NCBI GenBank assembly: GCA_964599115.1
Contig: CAZREZ010000002.1
Span: forward strand, 1 to 39,662
DNA from: an uncultured Bacteroidales bacterium
GTDB taxonomy: Bacteria; Bacteroidota; Bacteroidia; Bacteroidales; JADFUO01
DNA: 39,662 bases
Direction: 5' to 3'
Below the pieces are notes generated by a model. That model was not told the DNA's origin and made no database searches. It worked only from the letters and a program-made list of their open reading frames with translations. A program made the position numbers and the translations under genes. Of the stretch, positions 1 through 7,055 are shown piece after piece. Numbering within the stretch: the first letter of the stretch is position 1; every line of letters starts with the position of its first letter.

Positions 1-1616
1 ACAGACGAACCTAATTCTTCAATAATATTTGATTCTATAGCTTCAGATTGGTTGTTTGCAATATCTATTCCCTCTTGATTTTTATGTTCTTGATGATCTT
101 TATCATAAACAGCTATGTATGGTAACTTAAATTTGTTCATTAAACTCAGATACAAAGGGATATTAGTTTTAGAACTACAATCTATTATTGAATATTCATA
201 CCTATAACAATCTATTTTTTTTGCTATATATGGTATAATAATTTTATCTGTTGGGCCTTCAACAAGAATAACTTTTTTAGAAAAGAACAATTCTCCTCTG
301 TCAGGATTTATCCAATAGTTCAAATTGAAATTCTTCTTTTCATCCAAATTATCAAACAATTCCTCATGGCATTGAAGAAATTTTGTGCCTATTTCAAGAT
401 TTTCTTTAAAAACAATAACAATTGATTTATATCTTTCTAAATCAAGAAATGCACTTGAGTGCGTAGAAAAGATAACTTGAGCTTCAGTTTCGGAGATATT
501 TGTTAATGAGGAGTATAATTCTTTTTGAGCTTGAGGATGAAGATAAAGTTCAGGTTCTTCAATGATAAAATAACTTGATTCCGAAGCTTTTCTTGTGGAT
601 TGTTGACTATCACTTTCACCTGTTCTTAATTGTTTTGACCAGACTTTAATTAGAGCAAATATTAAAGCTCGTTGTAAACCATGACCTTTTCTTTCAACAT
701 CAGTTTTAGTACCATCATCCACCCATACATTTGTGCCATTTTTTATAATATCTTCAACATTAGGCGGATCAACTTCAATCTCAATTGAAGTATTCCAAGC
801 TTCCATCTCATTTTTAATATCTGCCTCAAGTTGCCCAAACTCTTCAGGTCTATTTTCATTAATTTCACCTTCGGGTGTGGTTTTATTTAATAGACTTATA
901 AGATTATTAATTCCGCTTTTTACAACTTGAAAACTTTTACTCTTTTCGGCATATTTTGTAATAATTCTACTGTAAAGTTGATTAAAAATTGATTTACCTC
1001 TTAGCGCCAATTCATCAGCTGCATTTTTTACAGCAGGAATAAAAAAAATTTCACCAAATATTCCTTGTGCTACAGTTGTTAGACCTAAAAAATTAGTGGT
1101 CTCAAGCTCATAATTGAATTCCAAGTTATCTCTATTTTCCTTGATGTATTGTATTTGTGCTTTTAGAAAAACATCTTTTGAAATTCTCCCATTTGGAGGT
1201 AATTTATCATATAATGGCAAAGTTTCAGCTATTTCTCGTTTGTTATATTCAACTATTTTATCCTCTTTAAGCCAATCGTTAACTGGATTTTCAAGATAAC
1301 CATGATATTCTATACTTCCATCTAAAGCTCCCTTTTTTTGTACCTTAATCTTATTGTCTGTAGTAATATATTTTTTAAAATTTGATTTGTCATCATCATG
1401 TAAATCCGTGAAAGTAACTTCTACTTTAATTTCTTCTTCGGCATTATTAAAATCTAATTTTGTTTGTTTTATTTGGCCAAAAAAGAAAAGTAATGCCGAT
1501 AAAATATTTGATTTACCATGGTTGTTTTGTCCAATAAAAACCATTAAATGTTTGAAGTCAATTTCTATACTTTTAATAGATCTCCAATTATTGATTTTAA
1601 CATGTTCAATCCTCAT
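1..1616 (-). CDS. OLD-family ATP-dependent endonuclease (N-terminal ABC/AAA_15-like ATPase plus C-terminal Toprim); the 3' end is cut by the window edge
   Basis: The minus-strand frame starting at ATG 1616..1614 stays open for about 538 codons to position 3. It begins MRIEHVKINNWRSIKSIEIDFKHLMVFIGQNNHGKSNILSALLFFFG, giving a Walker A motif GQNNHGKS with K35. Further motifs are Walker B/D-loop YFIIEEPELYLHP, H-loop FSTHS, and the Toprim motifs KKVILVEGPTDKIII and IAVYDKDH. The ORF track omits it because no stop codon lies inside the window. The + strand ORFs at 733..930, 1114..1299 and 1354..1620 are antisense shadows of this gene. Confidence 0.85.
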   Translation of the reverse strand, partial: MRIEHVKINNWRSIKSIEIDFKHLMVFIGQNNHGKSNILSALLFFFGQIKQTKLDFNNAEEEIKVEVTFTDLHDDDKSNFKKYITTDNKIKVQKKGALDGSIEYHGYLENPVNDWLKEDKIVEYNKREIAETLPLYDKLPPNGRISKDVFLKAQIQYIKENRDNLEFNYELETTNFLGLTTVAQGIFGEIFFIPAVKNAADELALRGKSIFNQLYSRIITKYAEKSKSFQVVKSGINNLISLLNKTTPEGEINENRPEEFGQLEADIKNEMEAWNTSIEIEVDPPNVEDIIKNGTNVWVDDGTKTDVERKGHGLQRALIFALIKVWSKQLRTGESDSQQSTRKASESSYFIIEEPELYLHPQAQKELYSSLTNISETEAQVIFSTHSSAFLDLERYKSIVIVFKENLEIGTKFLQCHEELFDNLDEKKNFNLNYWINPDRGELFFSKKVILVEGPTDKIIIPYIAKKIDCYRYEYSIIDCSSKTNIPLYLSLMNKFKLPYIAVYDKDHQEHKNQEGIDIANNQSEAIESNIIEELGSS

Positions 1617-1620
1617 ATAA

Positions 1621-1836
1621 TTATCTTATTTTTCTAAAAGGGTAACCCCCTTTCTTTATGTTTCTATCAAAATATTGACCATGTGATGAGGCATTCATTA
1701 ATCCATTATATATACTATATGGAATATTTTCATATTGATAAATGCCACCATGGTTAAATTCAATCTCTAAAATTTGGTTTTCCGCATCATAGCCAACTGA
1801 GGCTAAATTTGACGAACTTACATTATCTCTTTTCAT
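1621..1836 (-). CDS. Free-standing KTSC-domain protein (71 aa)
   Basis: The sequence LASVGYDAENQILEIEFNHGGIYQYENIPYSIYNGLMNASSHGQYF matches the KTSC signature: a central Y-x-Y and a SHG-x-YF tail. It starts 12 nt after the upstream stop, and the OLD gene starts 4 nt downstream of its own stop. Confidence 0.8.
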   Translation of the reverse strand: MKRDNVSSSNLASVGYDAENQILEIEFNHGGIYQYENIPYSIYNGLMNASSHGQYFDRNIKKGGYPFRKIR

Positions 1837-1848
1837 ATTTATTCAATT

Positions 1849-3852
1849 TTATATTTTTTGATATTCATAATTATCTTTTATATTATGATAAAAATAGCTT
1901 CCGTGTGAACTTGCACTCATTAATGAATCATATTCATCTTGTGGTACATTATAATATTGATAAATGCCACCATGATTAAATTCAATTTCCAGTATTTCCT
2001 TCTCAGCATCGTAACCCACCGAGGCAATATTTGCTGAATGTACGTGAGTTCTATTTATCCGGGAAAATTCATTTTTTAATATTGTTTTTCCCGTTTCAGA
2101 AATAATGTATTGCTGGTTTCTGCTTCTGGGCTTATCGGGCAGGGTATGTAAAATCCAGCCCATTGTAAGCAATGGTTTTATGTGTTTATTGTAATTTTTT
2201 GTGTTGTTATACATTTGAATTTTCCCAAAAATGGCTTCCCTGCTTCGGTCATGTAAACAGAATTCTAATATATCTATACTGTTTTGTTTGATAAAGGGTT
2301 TAAGCAGCGATAATAGTTCATTTGCCTTGTTATAATTATATTTTTTTATCCATATGTTAAGAGTTTCCAAAGCTTGAAAATTTAAATAATCATGCTGCTT
2401 TTTGTCTTCGTCTCTATTTTGAGAGACTAAGAGACTAAGATGATGATGGATTTCGTTTAAAGATTTTATTGCCAAACTCTTATAGATGTCTCTTTTTTTG
2501 GATACTAAGAGACTAAGATAATTATTTATATCACCTACTGAATTAACTATCCATTCAATATCTTTGTAATCATCTTTAGCTTCTTTTATTTTTATCTGTT
2601 CAGCTAAAGCATGAATCTTAATAGTACTCAGAAAATAAGACCTGTTATCGTTTGTTTCAAATATTGGCGGTGGTGAGCCGTTAATTTCAAGACTATTATA
2701 GATAATAGGAAAGCCGGTTCCCCTGCCTTCGGTTAATTTAAGCTCTTTTAAAAATCCTCCAAGTTTACGGTTTCTGTATTCTCTTGTAATAATTCTTTCT
2801 TTTTTAAGCATCTCTTTGTCAACAGGAGGCATGGGACCCGGGAAGCTCAAAATTTCAATTTTATCAGGATGTATCTGTATTTCAACAGGATTTTCACGTT
2901 CATAGCTTCTGTGATAAACGGCATTTACCAATGCTTCTTCAATTGCCTGATAAGGATAATTAAAAAACCTGACCGCTTCTGCCTGTCCGGGAGACTTTGA
3001 TACTTGTTCCTGAATAATATTGGTATTGATGAAATTCAGTACATCTCTCACTTGTTTGACAATAGTACCAGTGAATATTTTTTCCACGTAATCTTTACCA
3101 ACTTTGCCTTTGTGTATTACAAGTTCTATTTTGGCTCCGGGTAAGAATTGCTCGGGGTGATCTTTAAAAAGCAATAACCCAACATTTGTAGGTCTGAGAT
3201 TTTCATCCGGCCCTTTTGCAATTTTCATTTGTTTGCATAAATCCTGAAAAGGAATTTTCGTGCTTTCATTATACAATGGACTCATTACCTCTTTCAGATG
3301 CGATTGAATTAATTGTAAACTCAAGTCATCAAGTGTTGCTCCTTGATTAATCCTATCATCAAAAGGTATCCTTGCCGTAAGCTCAAGCAATCTTCTTTCA
3401 TCATCAGAACCATCTTTTACCTTAACGGTTTTTGATCCTCGTTTGATGTACCATGCCTTTTCCGACTTCTTTTCGCTGAGGCTTACCGGAGCTTTATAAG
3501 GACGATTATCTCCTGCAGGTGCCCAGATGATTAAAATATGTTTTCCGTCTTTTATATACGGCTGTGAAACCGGAATATAAGTAGGAGATATTTTATACGA
3601 CAATTCAATTAATTTCTTTTGCATCACATCCAGTTGATTCGGTTTTAATCCCAAAGGAGGAAGCTTTGCTACTCCATTATCTTCTTCCACACCAACAACT
3701 ATGTATCCTCCATCCCAATTATTAATATCATTGGCATAAGAACAAAGAGAGTGTATAATATCTTCGGGGTTCCAACCTTTTTTAAGCTCAATTCGATCCC
3801 ATTCAACCGTATGGCCGTTTAATAATTCATCTATGTTTATGGGTAATGCCAC
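1849..3852 (-). CDS. AlbA_2 (Schlafen-like, divergent AAA) + HATPase_c_4 + wHTH-like + C-terminal KTSC fusion protein (667 aa, GTG start)
   Basis: N-terminal motifs are typical of AlbA_2: VEWDRIELKKGWNPEDIIHSLCSYANDINNWDGGYIVVGVEE, RPYKAP, WYIKRGSKTV and RIPFDDR. The middle carries a GHKL-like HATPase_c_4 region (AIEEALVNAVYHRSYERENPVEIQIHPDKIEILSFPGPMPP and LTEGRGTGFPIIY). A wHTH-like segment follows (LPDKPRSRNQQYIISETGKTIL). The last ~62 aa form a KTSC domain (IASVGYDAEKEILEIEFNHGGIYQYYNVPQDEYDSLMSASSHGSYF). Confidence 0.8.
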   Translation of the reverse strand: MALPINIDELLNGHTVEWDRIELKKGWNPEDIIHSLCSYANDINNWDGGYIVVGVEEDNGVAKLPPLGLKPNQLDVMQKKLIELSYKISPTYIPVSQPYIKDGKHILIIWAPAGDNRPYKAPVSLSEKKSEKAWYIKRGSKTVKVKDGSDDERRLLELTARIPFDDRINQGATLDDLSLQLIQSHLKEVMSPLYNESTKIPFQDLCKQMKIAKGPDENLRPTNVGLLLFKDHPEQFLPGAKIELVIHKGKVGKDYVEKIFTGTIVKQVRDVLNFINTNIIQEQVSKSPGQAEAVRFFNYPYQAIEEALVNAVYHRSYERENPVEIQIHPDKIEILSFPGPMPPVDKEMLKKERIITREYRNRKLGGFLKELKLTEGRGTGFPIIYNSLEINGSPPPIFETNDNRSYFLSTIKIHALAEQIKIKEAKDDYKDIEWIVNSVGDINNYLSLLVSKKRDIYKSLAIKSLNEIHHHLSLLVSQNRDEDKKQHDYLNFQALETLNIWIKKYNYNKANELLSLLKPFIKQNSIDILEFCLHDRSREAIFGKIQMYNNTKNYNKHIKPLLTMGWILHTLPDKPRSRNQQYIISETGKTILKNEFSRINRTHVHSANIASVGYDAEKEILEIEFNHGGIYQYYNVPQDEYDSLMSASSHGSYFYHNIKDNYEYQKI

Positions 3853-3863
3853 TTTTATTTATG

Positions 3864-4070
3864 TTAATTTTTTAGATTCCACATTAAATACCCTATCCCT
3901 TTTGAATGATTTTCATCGAACCAATACCATATTTCATTTCTTGAAGTACCTTTTTAAAAAGAATGATAATCCATTGCAATGACAAGTTCATCATCACAGT
4001 CTTCATTTAAAGGAACATCTTCCATGTTTTTCCATATCTTTTCTATTGTTTTTATATCTAATATACTCAT
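3864..4070 (-). pseudogene. Small Trp-rich ORF (68 codons) interrupted by an in-frame TAA at 3954..3956
   Basis: Read from ATG 4070, the frame gives MSILDIKTIEKIWKNMEDVPLNEDCDDELVIAMDYHSF, then TAA, then KGTSRNEIWYWFDENHSKGIGYLMWNLKN, then TAA, all in one frame. The KGT..EIW.WFDE segment resembles small phage/plasmid-associated proteins I recall seeing next to XRE regulators. That family assignment is from memory and is not verified. Confidence 0.5.
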
Positions 4071-4077
4071 ACCATTT

Positions 4078-4380
4078 TCATTCAAATTTATTTTTTAAAT
4101 ATTCAACCTTTTTTTCTGCTGCTCTTAATACTTCTTTTTCTATATTTTCATTTACAATTTCATAAGCAATATTATCACTATAATATTCAATCAATAATTT
4201 ATTTTCATTAAGTTTCAATACTTCAGCAATTTTCAATATTTGTTCTTTTCTTGCTTTTCTTTCGCCTCGTTCAATTTTACTAACTATTGCCTGGTCAATA
4301 TCAACCAATGCAGCAAGTTGCCTGAGAAGCATTCCTTTATCTTCTCTTTTTTTCCTTATTATTTCTCCTACTTTATTCAT
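4078..4380 (-). CDS. XRE/Cro-CI family helix-turn-helix transcriptional regulator (100 aa from ATG 4380; the track extends it to TTG 4401)
   Basis: The sequence MNKVGEIIRKKREDKGMLLRQLAALVDIDQAIVSKIERGERKARKEQILKIAEVL fits the HTH_3 pattern, followed by a ~40-aa helical tail. It is the first gene of the operon. Confidence 0.85.
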   Translation of the reverse strand: MNKVGEIIRKKREDKGMLLRQLAALVDIDQAIVSKIERGERKARKEQILKIAEVLKLNENKLLIEYYSDNIAYEIVNENIEKEVLRAAEKKVEYLKNKFE

Positions 4381-4394
4381 TTGAAATAATCTTC

Positions 4395-4416
4395 TTGACA
4401 ATAATTGTCAAATATA
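4395..4416 (-). promoter_or_regulatory. Putative promoter/operator: a perfect 8-1-8 palindrome overlapping a Bacteroidota-type -7 box
   Basis: The palindrome TTGACAAT-A-ATTGTCAA occupies 4395..4411. On the minus strand the sequence reads TATATTTGACAATTATTGTCAA. The TAnnTTTG -7 motif (4416..4409) therefore shares its TTG with the palindrome arm. The palindrome centre lies 23 nt upstream of ATG 4380. Confidence 0.45.
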
Positions 4417-4549
4417 TAAAAAATAATTACTTAAAGTAGAATTTATTTGATTTTTTTTATTCAAGTTATTAAAATGTAACCTATCCCAGATATACCAATA
4501 ATAGAAGTGTTTGACTATAATGTATAAGTATTTATAAAAAATGATTTAC

Positions 4550-4621
4550 GAACAAGGATTGCAGATTTTAGAGTTATGATTTTCAAATACTTCTAAAATC
4601 ATAAATCGTTAATCCTTGTTC
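4550..4621 (-). repeat. Two-tier imperfect palindrome (possible terminator of the M28 gene, or an island boundary element)
   Basis: The outer stem is a perfect 11 bp: gaacaaggatt (4550..4560) pairs with aatccttgttc (4611..4621). The inner stem is a perfect 10 bp: ttatgatttt (4574..4583) pairs with aaaatcataa (4595..4604), with an 11-nt loop. On the minus-strand RNA a U-run (UUUUUU) begins about 9 nt after the stem. Confidence 0.5.
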
Positions 4622-4668
4622 TTAAATTTAAAAAAGCTGACTTTATGGACAGACTATAGTTGTAAAAA

Positions 4669-5676
4669 TCACCTCTCTTCAAAAATCACTGTTAAAACCG
4701 TTTGTCCTACAACTTTTAATGTTGCCGGGTCAATAACATCAATATTATCATTTATTGTATGCCAATGCCTAAAGAAGCCGGAACGGGTATTCGGGTCATG
4801 ATGGATAATATCAATAGTTGGGATATTAATAATATCATTAATATAATAATGGTCGTCAATAATTCCGTTTGTTTGGTCAGAAATAAAATAATCCTGATAC
4901 CCGATTTTATTTGCAACATCCCAAACTTTTTTCATTATGTCGGGAGCATAATACATAGATGTTCCTTCCATTGTAAATGTCGCATCGGAAGCACCCACCA
5001 TGTCAAGCAGTATTCCGTATCTTGCCCTGTAATTAATTTTATGAGGATTTTTTGACCAGTATTGAGAACCAAGTGCCCATGTGTCTTCTTTGTTGCTTTG
5101 TAAACTTTCAGGTGTGCCATAATCTTCCATATCAAACAATATAATATCTACTCCAAGTTTTGGTTTATAAAGTTTCAATTGTCTTGCAATTTCTAAAAGC
5201 ACACCAACACCGCTTGCACCATCATTGGCACCATCAATTGGTTTGTTAAAATTATTTTTATCTGGGTCGTGGTCGGCAAAAGGACGGGAATCCCAGTGTG
5301 CACACAAAAAAATACGACTTTGTATTTCGGGATTAAAAGAAACTATGATATTTTTACCATTAAAAATAGTGCCGTTAAAAATACGTGCTTTGAAATTCTG
5401 AACAGTAACATCAGGTGAAAATCTTTTTAAAGTGTTTTCAAGAAATATTGCACAAGCTGAATTTGCTTTTGATCCCGGTACTCGCGGACCAAATTCTACT
5501 TGTTTGGCAACAAAGTAATATGCAGAATCTGCATTAAAATCAGGAACAAAAATTTTTTCCGATTTTTGAATTATGGATTTATTCTTTTCCTGAGATGTTT
5601 TTTTGTTATCTCCGCAAGAGAAAAATAAAACGGAGATTAAGAATAAAATGAATATTAAATGAAGTTTGGTTTTCAT
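4669..5676 (-). CDS. M28-family zinc peptidase-like lipoprotein, probably glutaminyl-peptide cyclotransferase
   Basis: It has a lipoprotein signal (LISVLFFSCGDN). The metal-site motifs CAHWDSRPFADHD, GANDGASGVGVLLEIARQL, ILFDMEDYG and WHTINDN are present. Its size (335 aa) and architecture resemble the type II glutaminyl cyclases of Bacteroidota. Confidence 0.75.
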   Translation of the reverse strand: MKTKLHLIFILFLISVLFFSCGDNKKTSQEKNKSIIQKSEKIFVPDFNADSAYYFVAKQVEFGPRVPGSKANSACAIFLENTLKRFSPDVTVQNFKARIFNGTIFNGKNIIVSFNPEIQSRIFLCAHWDSRPFADHDPDKNNFNKPIDGANDGASGVGVLLEIARQLKLYKPKLGVDIILFDMEDYGTPESLQSNKEDTWALGSQYWSKNPHKINYRARYGILLDMVGASDATFTMEGTSMYYAPDIMKKVWDVANKIGYQDYFISDQTNGIIDDHYYINDIINIPTIDIIHHDPNTRSGFFRHWHTINDNIDVIDPATLKVVGQTVLTVIFEER

Positions 5677-5687
5677 AAAAAATCAAA

Positions 5688-7055
5688 TTAGAAAGTTAAT
5701 GTAAACACAGTTTCCTTACCAGGTATTGATTTAACATAAATACTTCCCTTATGTAAATGCATTATCTGACGAGATAAACTCAAACCTATTCCTGAACCTT
5801 CTTTTTTTGAAGTAAAGAAAGGCATAAAAATTTTATCCAAAATGTCGGGTTTTATACCGTATCCATTATCAACAAAATCAATTGAAATTCTATTGCTAAT
5901 ATTACTTGATGCAATAACTGAAATTTTTGGGTTTTTAACATTTTTTACAGCGTCAATTGCATTTAGCAATAAATTGATAATTACCTGATCAATCAGATCG
6001 GGGTCAGCTGTTAACATTAAATCTTTGGGGAAAATTTTATGAGAATAAGAGATGTTAAATTTTTCTATTTTGGGTTTTAGCAGTTCTTCGGCTCTCTCAA
6101 AAAGTTCAATAACAGGAAAGTATCTGAAATTTGGTTTTGGGATACGGGTAAGATTCCTGTATATCTCAACAAAATTTAATAATCCGTTGCTGCGGTTCTC
6201 AATAGTATTTAAAGCACTCTGAATACCTTCAATACTCTCATCATCAATATTATCTTTAAGAATTATTTTGTCTTTATAACTTTCCAGCAACATCTCCCTT
6301 ACTGTTGATGCTAATGAAGAAATTGGTGTAATAGAATTCATTATTTCATGAGTTAGCACCCTGATTAATTTTTGCCATGATTCAATTTCTTTTTCTTCTA
6401 ATTCGGCATGAATATTTTGTAATGAAATTAAAATATATTCTTCACCTCTCATTCGAAATTCAGTAGCATGTATTGATATTTGCAGAATTTCATCTTTAAT
6501 AAAAAGTTTTACCAGATTTTTATCTCCAACTTTTATGTTTAATAATAAATCGGGCAAATCTTCTTTTACTCGTTTCAGTTCATAAATATTTCTTAGGTTA
6601 TTTATTCTTAGTAATCTTTTTGCTGCAGCATTAAAAATATCCACTTTGCCGTCATGCCGGTAAGCAATAATACCTATGCTAATGTGCTGAACAACTGTTT
6701 GTAAGTAATTAAAATGTTCTTCTTTTTCAGTCCGGTTTTTTTTGAATTCATCAATAACATGATTAAATTCTTTGTTTAATTCTGTAAAACTTTTCCCCAT
6801 TCCATTATCGGAAAAAGAACTTGCAAAATCTGAAAAGCGAATGCTTTCAAAGAACTTTGTAAGTTTTTTATTAGTATGTTCTACATATCTAATTAAGCTG
6901 ATAACCTGAAGTAATATAAGTAATGCTATAATTATTATACTTATATTGTATTTTCCCAGATCAGTTAAATAGAACAGTGTAAAAATAGAAAATGCAAGTA
7001 ATAATATCCTGATTATTACTATTAAACGGAATCTTTTATAAATCATATTTTTCAA
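5688..7055 (-). CDS. Sensor histidine kinase (two N-terminal TM segments, PAS-like region, HisKA, HATPase_c)
   Basis: Kinase boxes are present: H-box LTHEIMNSITPISSLAS, N-box INLLLNAIDA, G1 VDNGYGI and G2 GSGIGLSLSRQI. The gene overlaps the response-regulator gene by 20 nt. Confidence 0.9.
   Translation of the reverse strand: MKNMIYKRFRLIVIIRILLLAFSIFTLFYLTDLGKYNISIIIIALLILLQVISLIRYVEHTNKKLTKFFESIRFSDFASSFSDNGMGKSFTELNKEFNHVIDEFKKNRTEKEEHFNYLQTVVQHISIGIIAYRHDGKVDIFNAAAKRLLRINNLRNIYELKRVKEDLPDLLLNIKVGDKNLVKLFIKDEILQISIHATEFRMRGEEYILISLQNIHAELEEKEIESWQKLIRVLTHEIMNSITPISSLASTVREMLLESYKDKIILKDNIDDESIEGIQSALNTIENRSNGLLNFVEIYRNLTRIPKPNFRYFPVIELFERAEELLKPKIEKFNISYSHKIFPKDLMLTADPDLIDQVIINLLLNAIDAVKNVKNPKISVIASSNISNRISIDFVDNGYGIKPDILDKIFMPFFTSKKEGSGIGLSLSRQIMHLHKGSIYVKSIPGKETVFTLTF

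Noticed and set aside
733-1620. Three + strand ORFs from the track (733..930, 1114..1299, 1354..1620).
   Set aside because: They lie antisense inside a long, motif-rich minus-strand OLD-family gene. Their products are low-complexity Ser/Leu/Phe/Ile-rich sequences typical of shadow frames in AT-rich DNA.
4381-4401. The TTG-initiated extension (MSRRLFQ) of the XRE gene.
   Set aside because: The TTG lies inside the operator palindrome. ATG 4380 gives a standard HTH_3 N-terminus.
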